The notes: generated by a model not told the origin, from the sequence alone. Shown: positions 1 to 10,431, counted from the first letter of the stretch. The stretch: 13,344 bases of DNA from a virus (IMGVR_UViG_2537561689_000011); one strand, 5' to 3'. A program made the numbers and translations.

Positions 1-1117
1 TTTTTTGCTGCTGATGTATACATCGTGGATTTTTTCTCCGGGCATGAGCCCAGCACGCAACTTCTGTCAGCGCACTACCTTCACGTTCTGCACTGAACAG
101 CCTGTCATAACCTGTGAACGCATCCGCCTGCAGGATACCCCGGAAGGGGCGGAGGTGTTGCTCCGGGTGTTTCCCCTGCCGGTTCGATGAGTACGCGAAC
201 CAGACCGCCGGAGGAGATGACGAACCCGCATTGCGATCATCCCGGACATACGTCCAGATGCGCCCTGTTTTCGTCTTTTTCAGGCCCGGTGCCAGTACCT
301 TTACCGGTGTGTCGTCAGTGTGAAGCTTGCGGGTATTCATCACATAACGGTACAGGGCATCATTCAGCGGCGTCATTAACTGGCAGCACGCGTCAACCCA
401 GTTGGAGAGTAATGCACGGCTCAGTTCGACACCCTGTCGGGCAAAGATTTCACTCTGACGATACAGTGGCAGGTGTTCGCAGTATTTTCCCGTTAACACG
501 CGGGCAAGTAATCCGGGGCCCGCGATACCACGCTCTATCGGGCGGGACGGCGCCGGTGCTTCAACGATGCAGTCACATTTTGTACAGGCTTTTTTTACCC
601 GTTCTGTGCGGATCACTTTCAGGGCGCTGCTCACCAGTTCCAGTTGTTCTGCGCTGACTTCCCCCAGATAATCCAGCTCACCGCCACACTCCGGGCAACA
701 GCTTTCTTCAGGCTCCAGGCGGTATATTTCACGGGGGAGATGTGCCGGTAACGGACGACGATGGCGCGACTGTCGCAACTGGCGGGGAACCAGTGGGTCA
801 TCCTCACGCCCACTGTAACGATCGCTTTCCTGCTCGCGTTGTTTCAGCAGGGCTTCAGCCTGTTCAACCTCACGACGCAGTTTTTCAGAACGGGTTCCGA
901 ACAGCATCCGGCGCAGTTTTTCTATCTGAGCCCGCAGATGCTCTATTTCTCGCTCATCTTCTTCGATCTTTTCTTCGGCACGTGCCAGTGCAGAGCGCAG
1001 GAAGGCCTCCGTCTCTTCAACCAGACTCAGTTGCTGGTCTTTCTGACGGAGGGCTTCAGCCTGCTCAGAGAGCAGCCTTTCCAGCTCAGCGATGCGAATG
1101 AGGTATTTCTGACTCAT
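1..1117 (-). CDS. tnpC: IS66-family transposase TnpC, N-terminal 372 codons (3' end beyond window edge); possible +1 frameshift in a homopolymer at 30-35
   Basis: Reverse-strand ATG at 1115-1117 opens a frame with no stop down to position 2; my hand translation starts MSQKYLIRIAELERLL... and includes a CxxC...CxxC zinc-finger-like segment and ...ACWAHARRK. The ORF track omits it because it has no stop in the window. At 30-35 six T (A6 on coding strand) sit where the other frame, also open to the edge, reads KIHDVYISSKK. Confidence 0.85.
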   Translation of the reverse strand, partial: MSQKYLIRIAELERLLSEQAEALRQKDQQLSLVEETEAFLRSALARAEEKIEEDEREIEHLRAQIEKLRRMLFGTRSEKLRREVEQAEALLKQREQESDRYSGREDDPLVPRQLRQSRHRRPLPAHLPREIYRLEPEESCCPECGGELDYLGEVSAEQLELVSSALKVIRTERVKKACTKCDCIVEAPAPSRPIERGIAGPGLLARVLTGKYCEHLPLYRQSEIFARQGVELSRALLSNWVDACCQLMTPLNDALYRYVMNTRKLHTDDTPVKVLAPGLKKTKTGRIWTYVRDDRNAGSSSPPAVWFAYSSNRQGKHPEQHLRPFRGILQADAFTGYDRLFSAEREGSALTEVACWAHARRKNPRCIHQQQK

Positions 1118-1147
1118 GGCCGTTTTTATAATCCGGCCCGGCGTTTT

Positions 1148-1498
1148 TTACAACATTGTCAGTGCGTTAAGGCGGGATGTTTTTGGCTGACGCCAGTCCA
1201 GCTTATCGAGGAGCATTGCCAGTTGCGAGCGGGTAATGGATATCTTACCGTCACGCACCGCAGGCCAGATAAACTGACCTTCCTCAAGGCGTTTGGTGAA
1301 CAGGCACAGACCATCAGCATCAGCCCACAGGATTTTAATCGTGTCTCCCCGTCGGCCACGGAAGATAAACAGGTGACCGGAGAAGGGGTTATCATCCAGC
1401 ACATGCTGTATCTGCTCCCCCAGACCGTTGAAGGATTTACGCATATCAGTAACGCCGGCAACGAGCCAGATACGGGTACCTGATGGGAGTGAAATCAT
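1148..1498 (-). CDS. tnpB: IS66-family accessory protein TnpB (orf2)
   Basis: 116-aa ORF MISLPSGTRIWLVAGVTDMRKSFNGL... recognised as IS66 orf2; its start overlaps the tnpA stop (1495-1498), the usual IS66 arrangement. Confidence 0.85.
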   Translation of the reverse strand: MISLPSGTRIWLVAGVTDMRKSFNGLGEQIQHVLDDNPFSGHLFIFRGRRGDTIKILWADADGLCLFTKRLEEGQFIWPAVRDGKISITRSQLAMLLDKLDWRQPKTSRLNALTML

Positions 1499-1932
1499 CG
1501 TCCCCTCCCGGTCAGCTCACGGATCAACACCGTGAGCAGCTCTGGTGAAGGATTTTCCAGCATCATTTTACCGTAATGGAATTCCACATGGCAGGAAGCT
1601 GCACAAGCAACTGATAATGCCTCCGGAGCAGGAGCATCTGTAGCACAGCGCGGGGGGTCGATAAGTTCCACTGGAACCAGAGTCGGAGAGGCCGGAAAAG
1701 ATTGTGATACTGTAGGGCCTACAATAGTTGGAGGCATTCTACGAGAAATACGTCCTTCTCTTTGCCAGAGGCGTAGCCATTTAAAAATCAGGTTGTTATC
1801 AACGCCATGTTCCCGGGCCAGTTGTGCAACATTGGCATTTGGTTTCGAAGCCAGTTCAACCATATGAAGTTTAAATTCATTAGAAAATATCCGGCGGGTT
1901 CCGGAGCGCCAGTCTGTAGGTTTATCCATCAA
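1495..1932 (-). CDS. tnpA: IS66-family TnpA (orf1), helix-turn-helix protein
   Basis: 145-aa ORF with ...RRIFSNEFKLHMVELASKPNANVAQLAREHGVDNNLIFKWLRLWQ..., typical of IS66 orf1; first gene of the tnpA-tnpB-tnpC operon. Confidence 0.8.
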   Translation of the reverse strand: MMDKPTDWRSGTRRIFSNEFKLHMVELASKPNANVAQLAREHGVDNNLIFKWLRLWQREGRISRRMPPTIVGPTVSQSFPASPTLVPVELIDPPRCATDAPAPEALSVACAASCHVEFHYGKMMLENPSPELLTVLIRELTGRGR

Positions 1933-2014
1933 TAGAACTCCGTCTAATTTAGAAGGAGCTCTAATTTAGTCTGCAAGGAGCAGGTGTTACAGACGGCATT
2001 GGCTTTACGCTTAC

Positions 2015-2382
2015 AATGCTTTCGCATGGTGCTTAAACCGTGGTGCGAGAGACGCAGTCTTTCCCAGAATGCACTCAGCCACATGTGGTACAGCGAAATC
2101 AGTGAATACCTCATCAGCAGGGGTAAAACGTTCGCCACTCCAGCTTGGGTAAAAGATGCTCTCAAACACACATATCTCGGTTATGAAACCAAAGACCTGG
2201 TTGATGTCGTAACCGGTGATATCACCACTATCCAGTCGTTACGCCATACCTCCGATCTTGATACCGGAGAGATGTATGTCTTCCTGTGTAAGGTTGAAGC
2301 CTGGGCGATGAATATTGGTTGCCACCTGACTATTCCACAGAGCTGCGAGTTCCAGCTGCTGCGCGACAAGCAGGAGGCGTAA
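2015..2382 (+). pseudogene. NinB/YbcN-family phage recombination protein, 5'-truncated by the IS66 insertion
   Basis: Frame continues from the IS junction: ...RSLSQNALSHMWYSEISEYLISRGKTFATPAWVKDALK..., resembling the NinB signature (RSLDQNRKLWACLGDVS in lambda NinB) but missing about 30 N-terminal residues. The track ORF 1984..2382 starts at an ATG inside the IS terminus, giving an IS-phage hybrid reading frame. Lies directly upstream of ninE as in DLP12. Confidence 0.5.
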
Positions 2383-2552
2383 TGGCTACACCGCTTATTC
2401 GTGTCATGAACGGACACATCTACAGAGTACCAAATCGTCGTAAGCGTAAACCTGAGCTGAAGCCATCCGAAATACCAACACTGCTCGGATATACCGCCAG
2501 CCTGGTTGATAAAAAATGGTTGCGACTGGCAGCAAGGAGGAGTCATGGCTGA
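2382..2552 (+). CDS. ninE: NinE-family protein (56 aa)
   Basis: [56 protein letters not shown]; position and basic KRK-rich pattern match lambdoid NinE. ATG at 2382 sits one base after the stop of the preceding gene. Confidence 0.7.
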   Translation: MATPLIRVMNGHIYRVPNRRKRKPELKPSEIPTLLGYTASLVDKKWLRLAARRSHG

Positions 2553-2835
2553 TTTGAGAAAAGCAGCGCGTGGTCGGGAATGCCAGGTAAGAATCCCTGG
2601 CGTATGTAATGGCAACCCTGAAACGTCTGTACTGGCACATATCCGGCTGACTGGATTGTGCGGCACCGGTACGAAACCGCCAGACCTGATTGCCACCATT
2701 GCATGTTCTGCCTGCCACGACGAAATCGACCGCCGCACTCATTTTGTCGATGCTGCATATGCAAAAGAATGCGCGCTGGAAGGTATGGCGAGAACACAGG
2801 TTATCTGGCTGAAAGAGGGGGTTATTAAGGCGTGA
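2545..2835 (+). CDS. ybcO: YbcO-like DUF1364 protein (putative nuclease, 96 aa)
   Basis: [35 protein letters not shown]..., Cys-rich, recognised as DLP12 YbcO; overlaps ninE by 8 nt and rusA by 4 nt (operon-style coupling). Confidence 0.7.
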   Translation: MADLRKAARGRECQVRIPGVCNGNPETSVLAHIRLTGLCGTGTKPPDLIATIACSACHDEIDRRTHFVDAAYAKECALEGMARTQVIWLKEGVIKA

Positions 2836-3194
2836 ATACCTACAGCATCACATTACCCTGGCCTCCGAGCAATAATCGCTATTACCGCCATAATCGCGGG
2901 CGCACGCACGTCAGCGCAGAGGGGCAGGCATACCGCGATAACGTCGCCCGAATCATTAAAAACGCAATGCTGGATATCGGCCTGGCTATGCCTGTGAAAA
3001 TCCGCATTGAGTGCCACATGCCGGATCGCCGTCGCCGTGACCTGGATAATCTGCAAAAAGCCGCTTTTGACGCACTCACTAAAGCAGGTTTCTGGCTGGA
3101 TGATGCTCAGGTCGTTGATTACCGCGTTGTGAAGATGCCTGTTACCAAAGGTGGGAGGCTGGAACTGACCATCACCGAAATGGGGAATGAATGA
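2832..3194 (+). CDS. rusA: RusA Holliday-junction resolvase (120 aa), GTG start
   Basis: [46 protein letters not shown]...TITEMGNE matches E. coli RusA from recall; start codon GTG at 2832 overlaps the ybcO stop. Confidence 0.9.
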   Translation: MNTYSITLPWPPSNNRYYRHNRGRTHVSAEGQAYRDNVARIIKNAMLDIGLAMPVKIRIECHMPDRRRRDLDNLQKAAFDALTKAGFWLDDAQVVDYRVVKMPVTKGGRLELTITEMGNE

Positions 3195-3331
3195 TGTTTG
3201 AGTTTTATATGGCAGAACGTCTTCGCCACCGCTGGGGGCGTCTGCGCTTATATCGTTTCCCCGGTTCTGTTTTGACCGATTACCGAATACTGAAGAATTA
3301 CGCCAAAACCCTGACAGGAGCAGGAGTATGA
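3191..3331 (+). CDS. ylcG: YlcG-like small protein (46 aa)
   Basis: ATG at 3191 overlaps the rusA TGA (ATGA); translation [46 protein letters not shown]. Below the ORF-track size cutoff; found by hand. Confidence 0.5.
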   Translation: MMFEFYMAERLRHRWGRLRLYRFPGSVLTDYRILKNYAKTLTGAGV

Positions 3332-3416
3332 AGTCAGAGATAACAATCAACTAATACTGTTTTGTTGATTTTTGCTTGTAATTGGCGTTCTGGTCTGATT
3401 TTTGTGGAGTAAGTTG

Positions 3417-3800
3417 ATGCGTGATATTCAGATGGTTCTTGAGCGTTGGGGAGCGTGGGCGGCTAATAATCATGAAGATGTGACCTGGTCGTCCATTGCC
3501 GCCGGTTTTAAGGGATTAATTACTTCAAAAGTAAAATCTCGCCCGCAATGTTGTGACGATGACGCGATGATCATTTGCGGGTGCATGGCCCGTCTGAAAA
3601 AGAACAACAGCGATTTGCACGATTTATTAGTAGATTATTATGTAGTCGGTATGACATTCATGTCACTGGCAGGTAAGCATTGCTGCTCTGATGGTTATAT
3701 CGGGAAAAGGTTACAGAAGGCTGAGGGCATAATTGAAGGGATGTTAATGGCATTAGATATCCGGTTAGAGATGGATATCGTTGTTAATAACTCTAATTAA
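3417..3800 (+). CDS. quuD: Late-gene antiterminator Q (DLP12 QuuD-like, 127 aa)
   Basis: [24 protein letters not shown]...[37 protein letters not shown]... recognised as the lambdoid Q family of the phage 21/82/DLP12 type; lies downstream of the nin/rusA genes as expected. Confidence 0.85.
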   Translation: MRDIQMVLERWGAWAANNHEDVTWSSIAAGFKGLITSKVKSRPQCCDDDAMIICGCMARLKKNNSDLHDLLVDYYVVGMTFMSLAGKHCCSDGYIGKRLQKAEGIIEGMLMALDIRLEMDIVVNNSN

Positions 3801-3820
3801 TACGCCAATTATTTACTAAA

Positions 3821-3852
3821 AGTTATTAAAAATGGGGCGTTGAAACGCCCCC
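3821..3852 (-). terminator. Intrinsic terminator of the porin transcript (minus strand)
   Basis: Stem GGGGCG (3834-3839) / CGCCCC (3847-3852) with loop TTGAAA; on the minus strand it is followed by a U-rich tract (reverse complement of AGTTATTAAAAAT). About 140-170 nt downstream of the porin stop. Confidence 0.5.
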
Positions 3853-3940
3853 AAAAATAAAGGGTAATATATAACAGAAGGTTTGTATAGTTAGAAGCAA
3901 GGTTGTGCTTCTAAAGGAAGTGGCTTGAGGGAGCCACTTA

Positions 3941-3978
3941 TATGTTGGGGAGGCAAAGCCTCCCACAACATATCTTTT
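3941..3978 (+). terminator. Plus-strand hairpin plus U-run (candidate terminator downstream of Q)
   Basis: Arms ATGTTGGGGAGGC / GCCTCCCACAACAT (one bulged base) followed by TCTTTT; overlaps the ipeX-like region on the other strand. Confidence 0.3.
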
Positions 3979-3988
3979 AGTAATCAAA

Positions 3989-5071
3989 TTAGAACTGGTA
4001 AACCATACCTACAGCAACGATATCATCGGTAGCAACGCCAGATGCTTTCGTGAAATCGCTCTTATCAATCAGGTTGATTTTGTAGTCAACAAAAGTGGAC
4101 ATATTTTTGTTGAAGTAATAGGTTGCACCTACATCAACATATTCAACCAGGTCCTGATCACCCCAAACACCCAAGTCTTTTCCTTTAGAATGCAGGTAAG
4201 CAACGGATGGACGCAGGCCGAAGTCGAACTGATATTGTGCAACAGCTTCGAAGTTTTGTGCTTTGTTGGCAATATGGTTATTACCAAAAACAGTCATGTT
4301 CTGGGTTTCAGAATAGGTGGTAGCCAGATAGATGTTGTTCGCATCATATTTCAGACCAGCTGCCCATACTTCAGCATTTTGACCAGATGCATTCAGGCTG
4401 TTGTTACCGTAGATAACCTGATTATTAGTGCGGTCAGATTTAGCATAGGTTGCACCTACACCGAATCCTTCATACTCATAAGTAGTGGAGAAACCGAAAC
4501 CATCACCATTAGCTTCAGTTACGTCAGTGCGGTCATTTTTACCCTGATACTGAGCAGCAAAGTTCAGACCATCAACCAGACCAAAGAAGTCATTGTTACG
4601 ATAAGTTGCAACACCTGTGGTGCGACCAGTCATGAATACATCTGTTTGGGTCCAGGTATCGCCACCGAATTCTGGCAGAACGTCGGTCCATGCACCAATA
4701 TCGTATGCTACACCGTAGTTACGGCCATAATCGATGGAGCCGTAGTCACCGAATTTCAGGCCAGCGAAGGCAAGACGGGTTTTATCTTTGGAGGAACCTT
4801 GAGATTCAGCGCGGTTGCCTTTGAATTCATATTCCCACTGACCGAAACCAGTCAGTTGATCGTTGATTTGGGTTTCACCTTTGAAGCCAAGACGGGCATA
4901 AGTAGTATCACCATCATCTGCATCATTAGAGGAGAAGTAGTGCTTAGCATTAACTTTCCCGTACAGATCCAGCTTGTTACTGTCTTTATTATAAATTTCA
5001 GCTGCCTGAGCAGACATCGCCATCAGTACTGATGCAGCTACAGCAGAAATTGCCACTGTTAATTTTTTCAT
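3989..5071 (-). CDS. nmpC: Outer-membrane porin, OmpC/OmpF/PhoE family (NmpC/Lc-like), apparently intact, 360 aa
   Basis: Signal peptide [23 protein letters not shown], then [16 protein letters not shown]..., conserved ...[12 protein letters not shown]..., ...PEFGGD..., ...[10 protein letters not shown]... and C-terminal ...VGMVYQF with terminal Phe. Start set at the MKK Met (5071), not the upstream ATG at 5131 used by the ORF track. Sits between Q and the holin, as nmpC does in DLP12 and lc in PA-2. Confidence 0.9.
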   Translation of the reverse strand: MKKLTVAISAVAASVLMAMSAQAAEIYNKDSNKLDLYGKVNAKHYFSSNDADDGDTTYARLGFKGETQINDQLTGFGQWEYEFKGNRAESQGSSKDKTRLAFAGLKFGDYGSIDYGRNYGVAYDIGAWTDVLPEFGGDTWTQTDVFMTGRTTGVATYRNNDFFGLVDGLNFAAQYQGKNDRTDVTEANGDGFGFSTTYEYEGFGVGATYAKSDRTNNQVIYGNNSLNASGQNAEVWAAGLKYDANNIYLATTYSETQNMTVFGNNHIANKAQNFEAVAQYQFDFGLRPSVAYLHSKGKDLGVWGDQDLVEYVDVGATYYFNKNMSTFVDYKINLIDKSDFTKASGVATDDIVAVGMVYQF

Positions 5072-5438
5072 CGTGAGCCCTTTTTTTGAACTATTATTAA
5101 AAAATGATGTCACTGCGCGATAAATATTCATCTAATCAATGTGATTATTTCAAGATGTAAGTTTTGGTTTCTCATTTGATTTGTGAAGTAGATCTCTATT
5201 TTTATCTGAACTTTTTCTATCGAATCCTATTCATGGCTCTTGGCTGAATAAAAATAAATCTATTAGCCAATTTATATTAATGGCTGTTATTTATAAGTGC
5301 TCTATAATTTGAAGATTCAATTTAAACCAGCTAAAAATAACGCTGGAAATTATTTGTTGGTTATTTGTTGAGATTTGCTTATGTATTTGTAGTGGTGTTT
5401 TCAATACTCGGTAGCATTCTCGCAAATATCATTTAGTG

Positions 5439-5467
5439 GTTTACGTACGTAAAAAATTGGTTATGCT
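5439..5467 (+). promoter_or_regulatory. Candidate sigma70-like late promoter upstream of the lysis cassette
   Basis: TTTACG (5439-5444) - 17 bp - TATGCT (5462-5467), about 30 nt upstream of a strong plus-strand terminator hairpin; the layout resembles lambdoid pR'-tR'. By-eye hexamer match only. Confidence 0.25.
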
Positions 5468-5497
5468 GTTAAGAGTGGTTACTTCGTCACACAGCTT

Positions 5498-5530
5498 AAA
5501 CCCGCCGTCGAGCGGGTTTTTCCATTTTTT
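5498..5530 (+). terminator. Intrinsic terminator (tR'-like) upstream of the holin
   Basis: 8-bp stem AAACCCGC / GCGGGTTT with loop CGTCGA, followed by TTTTCCATTTTTT; about 130 nt upstream of the holin start. Confidence 0.45.
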
Positions 5531-5658
5531 GAGTCTCGATATTAGCTGATAACCCAATACCTGAGTTATTCACTGACTCCGAGTCTGTTACGTTTCTGCT
5601 TTTTTGCGATACGTTGTATTCCCTCAATTTACACCCGCTTTGTCTGCGAGGTGGGGTT

Positions 5659-5874
5659 ATGAAATCCATGGATAAGTTAACAACGGGTGTCGCCTATGGC
5701 ACCTCAGCAGGTAGTGCCGGTTACTGGTTTTTACAGCTGCTCGATAAAGTCACGCCCTCACAGTGGGCAGCAATAGGTGTGCTGGGTAGCCTGGTATTTG
5801 GCCTGCTGACGTACCTGACAAACCTTTATTTCAAGATTAAAGAAGATAAGCGCAAGGCTGCGAGAGGTGAATAA
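5659..5874 (+). CDS. essD: Class II holin / pinholin of the S21 type (71 aa) with dual-start motif
   Basis: [71 protein letters not shown]; two predicted transmembrane segments and Met1/Met4 dual start (MKSM), characteristic of the S21 pinholin. Start moved to 5659 from the track's upstream ATG. Confidence 0.85.
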
Positions 5875-6371
5875 TGCCTCCATCATTACGAAAAGCCGTT
5901 GCTGCTGCTATTGGTGGCGGAGCAATTGCTATAGCATCAGTGTTAATTACTGGCCCAAGTGGTAACGATGGTCTGGAAGGTGTCAGCTACATACCATACA
6001 AAGATATTGTTGGTGTATGGACTGTATGTCACGGGCATACAGGAAAAGACATCATGCTCGGTAAAACGTATACCAAAGCAGAATGCAAAGCCCTCCTGAA
6101 TAAAGACCTTGCCACGGTCGCCAGACAAATTAACCCGTACATCAAAGTCGATATACCGGAAACAATGCGCGGCGCTCTTTACTCATTCGTTTACAACGTG
6201 GGTGCTGGCAATTTCAGAACATCGACGCTTCTTCGCAAAATAAACCAGGGCGATATCAAAGGCGCATGTGATCAGCTACGTCGCTGGACATATGCTGGCG
6301 GTAAGCAATGGAAAGGTCTCATGACTCGTCGTGAGATTGAGCGTGAAATCTGTTTGTGGGGTCAGCAATGA
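5874..6371 (+). CDS. rrrD: SAR endolysin (T4-lysozyme-type muramidase with N-terminal signal-anchor-release domain, 165 aa)
   Basis: N-terminal Gly/Ala-rich weakly hydrophobic segment [18 protein letters not shown] (SAR domain), followed by the catalytic triad pattern E-x8-D-x5-T in [20 protein letters not shown] overlaps the holin stop (TAATG). Confidence 0.9.
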   Translation: MPPSLRKAVAAAIGGGAIAIASVLITGPSGNDGLEGVSYIPYKDIVGVWTVCHGHTGKDIMLGKTYTKAECKALLNKDLATVARQINPYIKVDIPETMRGALYSFVYNVGAGNFRTSTLLRKINQGDIKGACDQLRRWTYAGGKQWKGLMTRREIEREICLWGQQ

Positions 6372-6835
6372 ACAGAGTAACCGCGATTATCTCCGCTCTG
6401 GTTATCTGCATCATCGTCTGCCTGTCATGGGCTGTTAATCATTACCGTGATAACGCCATTACCTACAAAGCCCAGCGCGACAAAAATGTCAGAGAACTGA
6501 AGCTGGCGAACGCGGCAATTACTGACATGCAGATGCGTCAGCGTGATGTTGCTGCGCTCGATGCAAAATACACGAAGGAGTTAGCTGATGCGAAAGCTGA
6601 AAATGATGCTCTTCTGCGGAAGCTTGATAATGGTGGCAGGGTGCTCGTCAAAGGAAAATGCCCTGTGCCATCCTCTGCCGAAACCTCCAGCGCCTCCGGC
6701 ATGGGCAATGATGCCACCGTCGAACTCTCTCCAGTTGCTGGACGAAACGTTCTCGATATCCGGGACGGAATTATCCGCGACCAAACAGCACTGAGAACGC
6801 TTCAGGAATACATTAGGACGCAATGCCTTCGATGA
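6368..6835 (+). CDS. rzpD: Rz i-spanin (inner-membrane spanin subunit, 155 aa)
   Basis: N-terminal transmembrane segment [21 protein letters not shown] followed by a charged, coiled-coil-like periplasmic domain; ATG at 6368 overlaps the endolysin stop (ATGA). Confidence 0.8.
   Translation: MNRVTAIISALVICIIVCLSWAVNHYRDNAITYKAQRDKNVRELKLANAAITDMQMRQRDVAALDAKYTKELADAKAENDALLRKLDNGGRVLVKGKCPVPSSAETSSASGMGNDATVELSPVAGRNVLDIRDGIIRDQTALRTLQEYIRTQCLR
6588..6794 (+). CDS. rzoD: Rz1 o-spanin (outer-membrane lipoprotein), embedded in the +1 frame of Rz
   Basis: [21 protein letters not shown]... with lipobox MVAG-C and proline-rich mature region ([16 protein letters not shown]), entirely inside Rz in another frame, the classic Rz/Rz1 architecture. 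Confidence 0.75.
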   Translation: MRKLKMMLFCGSLIMVAGCSSKENALCHPLPKPPAPPAWAMMPPSNSLQLLDETFSISGTELSATKQH

Positions 6836-6931
6836 TAGCGATAATTTTACTCATCATCCTTCACATCTGGCTCTGTAGACAGGGTGGTGATCACTTCTGG
6901 AGTAAATCCAGATTAAACATCTCATTGCTGA

Positions 6932-9006
<2,075 letters not shown>

Positions 9007-9135
9007 ATTGACACTCACGCGCATATTAACGAGAGCCTTTCAGTAAGCGAGCCTGAGAAATGCCGTTATAGGTGGCGACCTCTCTCGGGCGGCTTTTCTG
9101 TGAGACAGGCTCACTTTCTAAAAGGTAAAGACGCT

Positions 9136-9660
9136 ATGAATAATCATTCAGTTATTCCAGCCTTCGACTTCCGAGAAATGGTGCAAGCCAAAAACGGAGA
9201 GGTCGTTACCACATCCAGAAAAATTGCCAAGTACTTCGGCAAGCGACACGGTGATGTTCTCAGGAAAATCGAGCAGGTTAAGGCTGATTGCTCGCGTGAG
9301 TTTAGCCAACGCAATTTTGCGTCGGCTGATTATATCGATGAGCAGGGCAAGGTTCGCCCGATGTACAGCCTGACGAAAGATGGCTGGATCATGGTTGTGA
9401 TGGGGTTCACCGGGAAAGCTGCTGCGGCAATCAAGGAGAGCTATATCGCAGCATTCAACTGGATGGCAGAACAACTGAGCCGCCGCATGGCAATTGGCGA
9501 AGAAATGCAGCACCGCTACGCCATCAAAGAAACACGCTCAAAGCTGAAAGGTACGATCGGCAGTCGGTTAATGAACGAACGGAAGAAAGAGAAGCGTGTC
9601 CTGGCTGTCGAGCATGAATACATCTTGCAGGTGACACAGCCTGAACTGCTGATTAATTGA
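9136..9660 (+). CDS. rha: Rha-family phage regulatory protein (174 aa)
   Basis: MNNHSVIPAFDFREMVQAKNGEVVTTSRKIAKYFGKRHGDVLRKIEQ... matches the N-terminal Phage_pRha signature as I recall it. Start chosen at 9136 because the track's upstream extension (from 8986) begins inside the IS100 end. Confidence 0.7.
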   Translation: MNNHSVIPAFDFREMVQAKNGEVVTTSRKIAKYFGKRHGDVLRKIEQVKADCSREFSQRNFASADYIDEQGKVRPMYSLTKDGWIMVVMGFTGKAAAAIKESYIAAFNWMAEQLSRRMAIGEEMQHRYAIKETRSKLKGTIGSRLMNERKKEKRVLAVEHEYILQVTQPELLIN

Positions 9661-9962
9661 AGATGTCATTACAAAGCCTATCTACGGGGGGCTTGATAAT
9701 GGCTTATACCCTGCACGGGATAACTTAACTGATATCCCTTTTAACGGATAAAGGTATTCAAGCCTGACACATCATGCGCTGTATCGTCGCCGTATTCCCG
9801 CATTAACCATGACCGTAGCCCGACGGGGAATTCCTTCTGCGTGAGTGTGCGGGAATAATCAAAAACGATGCACACCGGGTTATTAACGCGTCAACTGAAC
9901 GCGGGGTTGCTCTTCATGTCAGCCAGTCCGGTGCAGGGGTAGAAGAAACCGGACGTTATGGT

Positions 9963-10373
9963 TTAGTGTGGAAACATTTGTGATGTGCTCTGTATGTTTT
10001 CAGTAAAGAGTAATGAATTATCAAAGGCATAGTAATATCTTTTTTGTTCGTGGATATTTGTAACCCACCGAAAAACTCCTGCTTTAGCAAGGTTTCTTCT
10101 GTATTCCTGAAATGTGATCTCTCTGGATTTCAGCTTATTAGAGGTCGTTTCTATAAGATGCCTATCCTTTGAAAATTTGACAGACACAATGTTTTTTAGG
10201 CCCTTTAATAACACTGTATTATCATTTTTTAATACAATATGAACATTCTCTGTGGCTAAATAGTAAATGTAATGTGAGACATTATGACGTTTTAGCTCAG
10301 AATAAAACCATTGATAGTTTAAATCGTTTCGAACTTTATCAAATATTTGTTTAAAAATGACTACCTGATCCAT
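9963..10373 (-). CDS. ybcV: YbcV-like DUF1398 protein (136 aa), AT-rich moron gene
   Basis: [49 protein letters not shown]...; start placed at the Met preceded by GGAAGG (the track's ORF begins 14 codons upstream at 10415). GC content is visibly lower than the surrounding phage genes. Identity to DLP12 ybcV is from recall. Confidence 0.55.
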   Translation of the reverse strand: MDQVVIFKQIFDKVRNDLNYQWFYSELKRHNVSHYIYYLATENVHIVLKNDNTVLLKGLKNIVSVKFSKDRHLIETTSNKLKSREITFQEYRRNLAKAGVFRWVTNIHEQKRYYYAFDNSLLFTENIQSTSQMFPH

Positions 10374-10431
10374 AGATAAACCTTCCATGTGATATGAGGG
10401 GGGCGTAGTCTGCACGATTATCTAAATTGCT

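Larger units (their letters stand above)
1..2014 (-). mobile_element. IS66-family insertion sequence, partial (runs off the left window edge); tnpA-tnpB-tnpC on the minus strand
   Basis: Three co-oriented ORFs typical of IS66 (orf1, orf2, orf3 transposase). Terminus on the + strand reads ...GGCTTTACGCTTAC at 2001-2014, the reverse complement of the GTAAGCG... start of the second copy at 12879. Phage-type sequence begins at 2015. Confidence 0.85.
3821..3988 (-). ncRNA. ipeX: IpeX-like 3'-UTR sRNA region of the nmpC/lc-type porin gene
   Basis: About 168 nt between the porin stop codon (3989-3991) and its terminator, holding at least three stem-loops (around 3889-3910, 3923-3940, 3942-3971). 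Published ipeX is defined as the untranslated region between the nmpC stop and its terminator in DLP12, and the equivalent region downstream of lc in phage PA-2. Assignment is by position and structure only. Confidence 0.4.

Noticed and set aside
187-1483. Long plus-strand ORFs (187..657, 742..1101, 761..1483) across the left IS66 region
   Set aside because: They lie antisense to the IS66 tnpC/tnpB frame, whose products are recognisable; the plus-strand translations have no recognisable features, so they are treated as shadow ORFs.
2181-3350. Minus-strand ORFs (2181..2738, 2404..2742, 2543..2797, 2853..3350) opposite the ninE-ybcO-rusA-ylcG operon
   Set aside because: They overlap tightly coupled, recognisable plus-strand genes and show no recognisable motifs; judged spurious.
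4190-5032. 280-aa plus-strand ORF inside the porin gene
   Set aside because: Antisense to a clearly identified porin CDS; low-complexity translation typical of a shadow frame.
5072-5131. Upstream ATG (5131) as the porin start, adding [20 protein letters not shown]
   Set aside because: The canonical porin signal peptide begins at MKKLTVAIS...; the extension would place 20 non-signal residues in front of it.
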